DNA of 32,835 bases from a virus (lineage: Duplodnaviria; Caudoviricetes), in IMG/VR virus record IMGVR_UViG_3300046710_000543, positions 1-32,835 of that record, one strand, 5' to 3'. Shown here in pieces: positions 25,330 to 32,835 of this stretch (position 1 is its first letter; each line of letters opens with the position of its first letter). The notes below the pieces were generated by a model, which did not search any database, was not told the origin of the DNA, and saw nothing but the letters and a program-made list of their open reading frames with translations. The position numbers and the translations under genes were made by a program.

Positions 25330-27188
25330 GCGAACCAATACGCATCATCGTCACGGCGGAAACGGCGCAAGCCGCCGCCGCGCTGCAGGCGTTTGTCTCG
25401 CAGACCAGCTCCGGGCTGAAGACGCTCGTGCCGGCGGCCGGTGGCGCGGGCAACTCGCTCACGCAACTGCGCCAGGCCACGCTGCTCACCCGCGAAGGTT
25501 TCCACAGTCTTTCCGCCGCGGCTTTGTTGCTGGGCGGCTCGCGCTTCCCCATGCTCGCCCAGGCCATCATAGGCGTGCGCAGCGCCATGATGGGCGTGCG
25601 CACGACGGCCATGTTGACCGGCGCGACACTCACGGCCACCGCCAGCGTGCTTGCCATTTTTGCGGCCGCCGCACTGCCCGAAGTTGTCTATTGGTGGAAG
25701 GCGCACAAAGCCGCCGAAGAGGAGGCAATGTCAATTACGCTGCTTCACAACCAGCAACTGGAAATTCAGGCGTCGCTGCTCAAACAAATTACCGCCATCC
25801 GGTCCGCCGGATTGATTGACCAGCGGGAAGCGGACCTGTTTGCAAAAATGGCGCAGAGCGGCGATGCCGGACGGACGGCCGTAAGCAAGGAAATGATCGC
25901 TCGCGGTTTGAACGTCCCAGCCATCGAGTTCACCAAGCTGGCGAAGAAAATCTACGACGATGGCCTGGCCGCTTACGACAAGGAACGACAGAAGGCATTG
26001 GACGAATTTTACGCCCGCAAGATCGAGCTGGAAGGGTTCGCCAAAATCGGCGGGCCACTCGCCGACCCCATCAAACAAGCGGAAGCGGCGTACCAGAACA
26101 GGAAGAATTACGAGGACGAGATCGCCAAAATAAACCAGAAAGAGCTGGATGCCAACGAGGAGAAAAACAACAAACTCGAACAGAGCAACCGGGAATTCTG
26201 GGAGGCGGACGCGGCTATCCAGAGGCAAATAGACGAGGAAATAAAAAAGGACAAACTCGAAGCCCTCAAGGAGGTCGTCGAGGCGCAACAGCAGCAGCGC
26301 GACGCGCTCATGGAACGGAAGTTCGACATCGCCAACGACCCGGAACTGACCGAAACCCAAAGGGCCGCTGCGCTGCAAAAAGTTTTACAGTTGCAAATCC
26401 AGAATGCCCGCAGCGTCCAGGAGGAACTGCGCTACAAAAAAGAACTAAAGCAACTTCAGGACTCTCAAACATTTGGCGGCCAATTCCGGCAGGCATACGT
26501 CCAGCTCCAAAACCTGAACAACTTGGCCATGGAATCGGGCGCTTTGTTCCAAAATGTTTTTAACACGGCCGTCTCCAGCATCAGCCAAAATATCACCGGC
26601 CTTATCATGGGCACGGAAACCTGGCGGCAGGCGCTGATGAACATCGCCAACACCGTCATCGAATCCATAATTCAGGGCATCATCCAAATGGGCGTCCGCT
26701 GGGTGCTGACCCAAACAATGATGGCCATCCTCGGCGAAACGCTTTCAGCCTCGGCCGTCGGCGTGGCCGCCGGCGAAGCCGCGGCACTCGATGCCATCTG
26801 GTGGACGCCGGCCGTGCTCTCCACCGTCGCCACCGCCGGCGTGACCGCCATTGATGCGCCGGGATTGGTGGCTGCCGCGATGCTCGGCTTCGCTGAAGGC
26901 GGCTACACCGGCACCGGCGGCACGCACGACGTGGCTGGCGTGGTCCATCGCGGTGAATATGTCTTCCCTCAATCCGCTGTGAATCGCATCGGCGTCGGCA
27001 ATCTCGCGGCGCTGCATCAAGGCGGCAACGGCGCCCCCGCCGCTGGTCCGGCTTCGGGTTCTAAAACCAACACCTCCATTTACGCCTTTACCGATCCGCG
27101 CCAGATGGCCGATCACCTGGAGAAAAACGATGACCACGAAAAATGGGTCGTGGACGTGATGAGCCGAAACATTCACCGCTTTCGATAA
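25326..27188 (+). CDS. Tape measure protein
   Basis: GTG 25326 (SEPIRIIVTAET); Ala-rich and coiled-coil; C-terminal GFAEGGYTG...GVVHRGEYV. Confidence 0.9.
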   Translation: MSEPIRIIVTAETAQAAAALQAFVSQTSSGLKTLVPAAGGAGNSLTQLRQATLLTREGFHSLSAAALLLGGSRFPMLAQAIIGVRSAMMGVRTTAMLTGATLTATASVLAIFAAAALPEVVYWWKAHKAAEEEAMSITLLHNQQLEIQASLLKQITAIRSAGLIDQREADLFAKMAQSGDAGRTAVSKEMIARGLNVPAIEFTKLAKKIYDDGLAAYDKERQKALDEFYARKIELEGFAKIGGPLADPIKQAEAAYQNRKNYEDEIAKINQKELDANEEKNNKLEQSNREFWEADAAIQRQIDEEIKKDKLEALKEVVEAQQQQRDALMERKFDIANDPELTETQRAAALQKVLQLQIQNARSVQEELRYKKELKQLQDSQTFGGQFRQAYVQLQNLNNLAMESGALFQNVFNTAVSSISQNITGLIMGTETWRQALMNIANTVIESIIQGIIQMGVRWVLTQTMMAILGETLSASAVGVAAGEAAALDAIWWTPAVLSTVATAGVTAIDAPGLVAAAMLGFAEGGYTGTGGTHDVAGVVHRGEYVFPQSAVNRIGVGNLAALHQGGNGAPAAGPASGSKTNTSIYAFTDPRQMADHLEKNDDHEKWVVDVMSRNIHRFR

Positions 27189-27226
27189 AGGCTGAAGGCT
27201 GAATGCTAAAGGCTAAAGTAAAATGA
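27186..27226 (+). repeat. Heptamer array containing the mini-ORF MLKAKVK (27203-27226)
   Basis: taaaggc tgaaggc tgaatgc taaaggc taaagta aaATGA. Confidence 0.85.
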
Positions 27227-29241
27227 TCTCAGTAACGTTCAACGCCGCCGCCGCCTACCTGCTCGACGATGCGCCGAACTGGGCCGCTGGCGCGTTCGTG
27301 GTTGAGGCCACGATCCCGGCGAGTTATGAGCGCGGCCTGACCGGCCGCGAGACGCGCAGGCCCACTGCTGACACGCTGCGGCTCAACTGCAAGTTCACCG
27401 CCACGCTCACGTCATCCGCCGCCATCACCGCGCTGCGCAACTCGTTGCAGGCGCTGAACACGCAGCCCGTGCTTTGTCCTTTCTGGCCGGCCGGCTTTGC
27501 ACCCGGCATCACGCCGCCGGTTGCGGCTGCTTATTACGCGCTGTTCAATACGGACGGCAGTTATGACTCAATTCAGGCTGCTGCCAGCCTGCCATTTGCC
27601 AAGCAGGCTTACCCGCTCATGGTTGGAATTTTGGCGCAAAGTCCCGAGCCGACGCTGATGGCCGGCGGCGCGGCTGAGGTTGGTTTTGAATTTGCCGACA
27701 ACGGCAATTACCCGCTCACACCGGCGACGTTCGCCGCGCCAAATGGTTTGACGGCCGCCGGCGGCGTGCGCCCGCTCTTTCCTTTCCTGCCGGACTGGAC
27801 GACACTGCCCAAATCCGGCGGCAGCGAGCAGGATATTGACCGTCGGCAGATCGGCCAGTTGCGCACGCTGGCCACCGCGTACTACACGCAACGCGGGCGG
27901 CGCAAGACGCAGCAGTTCTTCACCCTGCAAACTCACGACGCTTTTAATCTGTTCCGGTTCTTTGCCGACATGGGCGGCGAACAAAACAATTTCTGGCTTG
28001 GCGCGGCGCTCAACGAGGCGAACCTCACCGCGAACCTTGGAGCCGCCGCCACCAGCCTGACGGTGGACAATGGTCCGGCGCTCGGCACGAACGCTTTTAT
28101 CCTGCTCGGCGACGGCGTCAACCGTGTGCCGCTCGTCGTGAGCAGCGTCGCCGGCAACACATGGAACCTGGCCGCCGCGCCGGGGACCGCTTTTAAAGTG
28201 GGATTAACGACCATTGAAAGCCTCGTTTTGGCGCGCTTTGATGCGCTGAAACTACAGGTAAATTTCTCGTCGCCGATACTTGCCACCGCGCAGATCAGTT
28301 TCAAGGAATTGCCTTGGGAGACCAATGCTGTGGCCGGCGAGACTTACGGCACGACCATGGGCGCGCTGCCGCCAACGGCCAGCTTTTTCAAGTTCACCCA
28401 GGTCATGCCCAGCGGGACCACGACGTGGTATTACACCGGATTTGAACGCGATCTATCCGACGGCACAAACACCTGGCTGTCCGCGCCGATGGAATACGAC
28501 AGCATTACCGAGACGGCGGACCTCAAGCGAAACCAGACCACCATCACCGCGCGCAATTTCTCCGGCAATCCGCTGGCGCTGCTTTTTCCGATGGCGTTGG
28601 AGTGGCCGTTGATGCTGGAAATCTTTGAGGGCGACGTGACACCGTCCACCAGCGCGGTTTCAAATCTGCGCTGCTATTTTTACGGCGAGGTTGGCGGCGC
28701 GGACCTGGAGCCGCCCTTCATCACCGCGCAATGCGCAACGCTCTCGCACATTTTTGACCGGCAGATTCCGCGCCGGCTTTATCAGCGCACCGATAATTGG
28801 GTGCTCTTCGAGACCGCCAACGGACTGCTGCCGGCGAACTGGCAGTGGAATGCCGTCGTCGTGAGCTACGACGCAACGGCCGCCACGCTGGTCATCGGCA
28901 CCATCACCAGCTCCAACGGTGCCACGCTCACTGCGCATTATTTCAGCGCCGGGTATTTCATCGTCACGGCCGCCAGCGACGGCAAACAGCAGGTGCGCAT
29001 GATCGGCGACAACACCGCGCCCGCCGGCGGCCACATGTCGCTTTACCTTTCAACTCCGTTGACGACCGCGCCAACGGCCGGCGACGTGGTGAACTTGTAT
29101 CCCGGCTACGACGGCCTGGCCACAACCGCGCAAAGCAAGTTCAGCAACTATCAGCAGAAGTTCGGAGGGTTCCCGTTCATGCCCGTGGGCAATCCGAGCG
29201 TGTTGCGCATCACCCAGCCGGCTGGAGGCGGAAAGAAGTAA
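27223..29241 (+). CDS. Distal tail / hub fusion protein (DUF2163/BR0599-like C-terminal half)
   Basis: C-terminal GDVVNLYPG.D...SKFSN...FGGFPFMP; N-terminal SYERGLTGRETRR. Confidence 0.75.
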   Translation: MISVTFNAAAAYLLDDAPNWAAGAFVVEATIPASYERGLTGRETRRPTADTLRLNCKFTATLTSSAAITALRNSLQALNTQPVLCPFWPAGFAPGITPPVAAAYYALFNTDGSYDSIQAAASLPFAKQAYPLMVGILAQSPEPTLMAGGAAEVGFEFADNGNYPLTPATFAAPNGLTAAGGVRPLFPFLPDWTTLPKSGGSEQDIDRRQIGQLRTLATAYYTQRGRRKTQQFFTLQTHDAFNLFRFFADMGGEQNNFWLGAALNEANLTANLGAAATSLTVDNGPALGTNAFILLGDGVNRVPLVVSSVAGNTWNLAAAPGTAFKVGLTTIESLVLARFDALKLQVNFSSPILATAQISFKELPWETNAVAGETYGTTMGALPPTASFFKFTQVMPSGTTTWYYTGFERDLSDGTNTWLSAPMEYDSITETADLKRNQTTITARNFSGNPLALLFPMALEWPLMLEIFEGDVTPSTSAVSNLRCYFYGEVGGADLEPPFITAQCATLSHIFDRQIPRRLYQRTDNWVLFETANGLLPANWQWNAVVVSYDATAATLVIGTITSSNGATLTAHYFSAGYFIVTAASDGKQQVRMIGDNTAPAGGHMSLYLSTPLTTAPTAGDVVNLYPGYDGLATTAQSKFSNYQQKFGGFPFMPVGNPSVLRITQPAGGGKK

Positions 29242-29265
29242 ATGCTAAAGGCTGAAGGCTAAATG
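29239..29265 (+). repeat. Three heptamers between two TAAATG, mini-ORF MLKAEG (29242-29262)
   Basis: TAAATGc taaaggc tgaaggc TAAATG. Confidence 0.85.
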
Positions 29266-29823
29266 AAACCATTCTTTTCCACCGTCGAAAAAATCCTGCG
29301 CCTCGAAACCGCTGCCGCTGCCTGGCTCGGCACGCCCTTCATGCCGCACGCGGCCGTCAAGGGCGCCGGCGTCTGCTGCCAGAAACTCGTCGGCTCTCTT
29401 TACATCGAGAGTGGATTCATCCCCGCCGGTTTTGAGTTACCCGACGGCCCGATGGACTGGAGCCACGCGCACAAAGACAGCCTCATCGCCGCCTTCATGG
29501 ACCGCCAGCCGAATTTTCAGCCTTTAGCATTTAGCCTTCAGCCTTTTTTTCCCGGCGACATGCTCGGCATCAAAATCGGCGGCTGCGTCCATCATTGCGG
29601 CATCGTGATCACCGCCGACGGAAAATTCATTCACTGCCTGCGCGGCAGCGGCGTCATTTTCAGCAACATCCGCGACGCGAGTTATCTCCAGCGCATTCAA
29701 AAAATCTGGCGCCCGATTTCTCAACCTTCACCCCGTGGAATTGAAGCTAATATTCCACGGGGCGAGACCCTCAACCCTCAACCCCTGCCGCGTGGCGAAG
29801 CTTTACGCGGCTCAACCATTTAA
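29263..29823 (+). CDS. Tail NlpC/P60 protein with an internal repeat insert and a repeat-encoded tail
   Basis: WLGTPF, GVCC, PGD, HHCGI, FIH; insert FQPLAFSLQP (29516-29543). Confidence 0.88.
   Translation: MKPFFSTVEKILRLETAAAAWLGTPFMPHAAVKGAGVCCQKLVGSLYIESGFIPAGFELPDGPMDWSHAHKDSLIAAFMDRQPNFQPLAFSLQPFFPGDMLGIKIGGCVHHCGIVITADGKFIHCLRGSGVIFSNIRDASYLQRIQKIWRPISQPSPRGIEANIPRGETLNPQPLPRGEALRGSTI
29720..29818. repeat. TCAACCC heptamer array interrupted by two palindromic inserts
   Basis: Inserts at 29731-29766 (36 nt) and 29784-29810 (27 nt). Confidence 0.8.
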
Positions 29824-30014
29824 TGTTTGGAGGAAATACATCACAACCGCCGACGGCCAAACCCTTCGGAGTGCAGGACCAGATGACCAGCAACCAGCAG
29901 CAGGCGGTTCCCGTCGCGTACATCGCGGGCACCCGCAAGCTCGCCGTGAAATGGCTCACGCCGATCTACAACCTGCGCAGCGCACCCGCGCCCGCGCGTA
30001 CCGGAAAAAAATGA
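29823..30014 (+). CDS. Small tail tip assembly protein
   Basis: AVPVAYIAGTRKL...W motif ending GKK; TAATG overlap. Confidence 0.8.
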   Translation: MFGGNTSQPPTAKPFGVQDQMTSNQQQAVPVAYIAGTRKLAVKWLTPIYNLRSAPAPARTGKK

Positions 30015-30061
30015 TGATAAACACCAAACTTCAGCCTTTAGCTTTTAGCCTTCAGCCTTAA
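30011..30061 (+). repeat. Heptamer array within the mini-ORF MMINTKLQPLAFSLQP
   Basis: ATGA overlap upstream; TAA ends 5 nt before ATG 30067. Confidence 0.8.
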
Positions 30062-30066
30062 TTTTT

Positions 30067-32835
30067 ATGGGCGGCGGCAAATCAGGCTCGGCGCAAAAGA
30101 CCTACAACTACTTTGGCACGTTGGCCGGCGGGGTGTGCATTGGCCCAAACGAAGACCTGGTGGCCATCATCCTCAATTCGCAGGAGGTCTGGCCCAAGGG
30201 CACGCCCTGGGCTGTCGGCCTCTCGTGTGTGCCGGGGACACTCTACGTGTTCGACGCGCAGACGTGGACGTGCACGACCGGCCACACCGCCAGCAACGCC
30301 AACGCGCCCGGCTCCGGACTCGAAGGTTGGACGGAATATGTCTTCACGCGCGGCGGGAATGTTTACGACGATTTCTCCCTCACCGCCAGCGACGGCACCA
30401 TCTACGGCGTCATGCGCTTTTATTGGGGCACGACGGCGCAGACCGTGGACGACTTATTGGGGTCCACTGGCAATGACGGCGGTGTGAAGGGCAACCTCGG
30501 CTTCGGCGATCAGCATCCAGATTACGAAGGAGTCGCCTACGTCGTTGTCCGCGATTTTTTGCTCGGGCAGGAGGTCCAGTCCGGCCCGAACATCGAGATC
30601 GTCGTGCGCCGCAAACCGAACCAATCCGTCGTCACCGGCGCGGCTGCCGGCATTACCGAAGGCCAGGCGAACCTCGCGGCCGTCGCGGCGGAACTTTTAA
30701 AGGATGCAAACTGTCTCGGCCTGCCCTCAGGCATGGTTGATAGCACGAGCTTCCAGGCCGTCGCCGACTGGTTGCAAACCTACCAGGCCAAATATGGAGC
30801 CAGCGTCCTCATTGATGCGTCGGAGTCAATCACCAGCCTGTTCGACAAAATCTGCCAGATGATTGACGGTTACATCCGCTTCAATCCCGCCACGCAAAAG
30901 GTCGAACTCGGCGTCTATCAGCACGGCATCGTGCCGGCTTCTTACACAACGCTGACCGCCGATTCTTTCACAAAATTCCCCAAGCTCACCGTCAAGTCCT
31001 GGCAGGACACCATCAGCCGCGCCACCGTCCGCTACAATTCGCGCCAGCTCAATTATCAACAGACGAGCGTGCAGGTGGACGATCCCCGCGCCTTCGCCGT
31101 GCTCGGTACCGTGCGCGAGCAAAGCCTGGATCGCCCATGGATCGCCCGCGACGCCCAGGCACAGACGCATGGCCGCGAGACCTTGCGCGTGGTCGGCCAC
31201 GCTCAGATGACCGGCGAACTGGAGGTCCGCCGCGAAATCGGCCGCGCCATCCGCGCCGGCGATTACGTGCTCGTGGACGTGGACCTGGAGCCGAATACGA
31301 ATTCCATCTACCAGTATTTCCGCATCACCTCGCGCAAAATCCCGCCGACCGGCCCGATCACCTTGAGCGTCTTTGCCGATAACACCCTTGCGCTCGTGCC
31401 GTGGACCGGTCCCGGATCGCCGGTCATGACCGCTGCCGCGCCGATGCCCCCCATCACCAGCTTTCGTTTCCTCGAAGCGCCGCCGGTATTGAGCGGGCTG
31501 CTTGGCTCGGTCCTTTGCCTTGCCCAACGCCCAAACGATCTGCTCGTCGGTGCGACGTTGTATTTCGACACCAATCCCGCCGGCACATTTTCTTCGCTCG
31601 GCAGTTTTTCTGGTTTCGCCGCCAAAGCCACACTGCACACGGCCTTGACCACCGGCGCCGCGACTCTTGACGTGGACGTGGACACCACGCAGGTGGACGC
31701 GGATTATTTTACGCTTCAATATTCCGCCAATGACGCCGCGAACGACACCTTTCTCGCTTTCGTCGTCTCGAAGGTAGCCAGCGGCGGCGATGCCGGCCAG
31801 GTCGCCGAATCCAGCGGCTACCAAATCATGGAGATTTGCAGCGTGAGCGCGCAATCGCTCACCAGCGCCGGCCGTTACAGTCTCAGCGTATTGCGTGGCC
31901 GCATGGGCACGTCGAAAACCGCGTTCAGCACGGCTAACACCGAGGTCTGGGTGATCCCCGCCGCGTTGTTGGACTTTTTTTATCATCAACTTTTTGCCAC
32001 GATCATTGCAAATAGGGCGCAGGGACTCACGCCGGCCTATGCGCAATTCCGCCTTTGCCCATTCACGTTCGTCAACAGCCTGGCTTTGTCGGATGCCGCC
32101 ACTTTTCAATTCCGCTTCCCGCTGGTTTCATCAGGGCTGCCCACCTTGTCGCTCACGTCTCCGGCGTCATACACGCTCGCGTATTCCAGCCCGAGTTATC
32201 CGTTGAAAATAACCGTCGCTGGCACCTGGACGGATCAGGCCGGCAACCTCGTCGAGATACAGGTGCTCTTGCGCCTTTCCACAGAAAGCTCGGACCGGCC
32301 AGTTTACAACGATTCGTTCCCGCCCATCGGCAGCAAGGCTTTTTCGACGAGCGTTCAAATTGAAAAGGCCGGAAGCTGGCTGATCAAGATCATCGCCCGC
32401 GACGCCTCGAACATCTCCACCGAGCGCGACATCACCGTCACCGTCACCGGCGCTGGCGGGAAATGCGCGCCCGCGCAAATATACGATGTGAACGGTGACG
32501 AGGTCGTGCCGGGTGTCGTTCGCGTCATTCCGTATGGCCCCTTGACCCTCAAATGCCAGACGCCCGGAGCCGTCATCCAATTCAACACGGGCGGTCCGGT
32601 TTTGAAGGGCGGCGTCATTACTGCCAACTTCGGAAATCTCATTTACTCCGAAGGTGTTACGATGCCGATTTACATGCCAGCCACAGAGGGAACATTTGCC
32701 TACGGGACAGCGCCCCTGGTTTACGCCGGAGCCTTTATGTCCAGTTTTGCCCTCATCCTCTATGTGAGCGCCCCGGGATTGACATCCGCCACTGCGGTTT
32801 CGTTGACCATGCAATTGGCTTTAAAGTTGAGTTAA
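30067..32835 (+). CDS. Tail tip / host-specificity J-like protein
   Basis: MGGGKSG...YNY...VCIGP, FYWGT..Q, HPDYEGVAYVV, VLRGRMGT; C-terminal Ig-like beta domains; ends in TAA at the window end. Confidence 0.85.
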   Translation: MGGGKSGSAQKTYNYFGTLAGGVCIGPNEDLVAIILNSQEVWPKGTPWAVGLSCVPGTLYVFDAQTWTCTTGHTASNANAPGSGLEGWTEYVFTRGGNVYDDFSLTASDGTIYGVMRFYWGTTAQTVDDLLGSTGNDGGVKGNLGFGDQHPDYEGVAYVVVRDFLLGQEVQSGPNIEIVVRRKPNQSVVTGAAAGITEGQANLAAVAAELLKDANCLGLPSGMVDSTSFQAVADWLQTYQAKYGASVLIDASESITSLFDKICQMIDGYIRFNPATQKVELGVYQHGIVPASYTTLTADSFTKFPKLTVKSWQDTISRATVRYNSRQLNYQQTSVQVDDPRAFAVLGTVREQSLDRPWIARDAQAQTHGRETLRVVGHAQMTGELEVRREIGRAIRAGDYVLVDVDLEPNTNSIYQYFRITSRKIPPTGPITLSVFADNTLALVPWTGPGSPVMTAAAPMPPITSFRFLEAPPVLSGLLGSVLCLAQRPNDLLVGATLYFDTNPAGTFSSLGSFSGFAAKATLHTALTTGAATLDVDVDTTQVDADYFTLQYSANDAANDTFLAFVVSKVASGGDAGQVAESSGYQIMEICSVSAQSLTSAGRYSLSVLRGRMGTSKTAFSTANTEVWVIPAALLDFFYHQLFATIIANRAQGLTPAYAQFRLCPFTFVNSLALSDAATFQFRFPLVSSGLPTLSLTSPASYTLAYSSPSYPLKITVAGTWTDQAGNLVEIQVLLRLSTESSDRPVYNDSFPPIGSKAFSTSVQIEKAGSWLIKIIARDASNISTERDITVTVTGAGGKCAPAQIYDVNGDEVVPGVVRVIPYGPLTLKCQTPGAVIQFNTGGPVLKGGVITANFGNLIYSEGVTMPIYMPATEGTFAYGTAPLVYAGAFMSSFALILYVSAPGLTSATAVSLTMQLALKLS

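Larger units (their letters stand above)
1..32835. mobile_element. Mu-like transposable prophage, siphovirus-type tail, partial (both ends outside the window)
   Basis: MuA/MuB-like pair, divergent repressor/Cro switch, Mu-like terminase genes, and head and tail genes with no sheath gene. No host genes seen. Confidence 0.93.

Noticed and set aside
29263-29700. NlpC/P60 as the missing endolysin
   Set aside because: Its position between hub and J matches lambda K / GTA tail-tip peptidases, not a lysis gene.
29823-30100. J gene broken by a repeat insertion or needing ribosomal bypass
   Set aside because: All three frames are closed, but a small gene ending GKK followed by a large gene starting MGG is a normal split in D3112-like tail modules.
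12126-32814. Long antisense ORFs (e.g. 12126-13136, 14701-15993, 30826-32109)
   Set aside because: Expected shadows of GC-rich coding strands; no motifs.
1-32835. Mu ends, transposase binding sites, invertible segment, mom, gam, tRNA genes
   Set aside because: None recognisable; the window begins and ends within phage genes.

Overview
The whole window is an internal part of a Mu-like transposable prophage with a non-contractile (sipho-type) tail; neither Mu-type end is visible. A leftward early operon (Cro/Ner-like gene, small Zn-finger and HTH genes, ParB-like protein, MuA-like transposase, MuB-like ATPase, pentapeptide-repeat protein) diverges from a central XRE repressor and two envelope genes, an arrangement like B3/BcepMu. 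A long rightward late operon follows. It holds a putative lysis region with no recognisable endolysin, Mu gp26/27/28-like packaging genes, an HK97-type portal fused to a MuF domain, an HK97 protease and capsid, neck and tail tube genes, a frameshifting tail chaperone, tape measure, and a hub/NlpC/J tail tip. Two signals stand out. (1) About 20 short 7-nt tandem arrays sit mostly at gene junctions; several form mini-ORFs or terminal tails that preserve stop/start overlaps, and one carries nested hairpin inserts. (2) The structural module is unusually tied to the membrane: the capsid protein has a long hydrophobic N-terminus, the decoration-like protein has an internal signal peptide, and two Thr-Asn-rich signal-peptide proteins lie inside the tail operon. 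All product calls rest on motif recognition by eye and on synteny, not database searches. A Verrucomicrobia-like host is only a guess.
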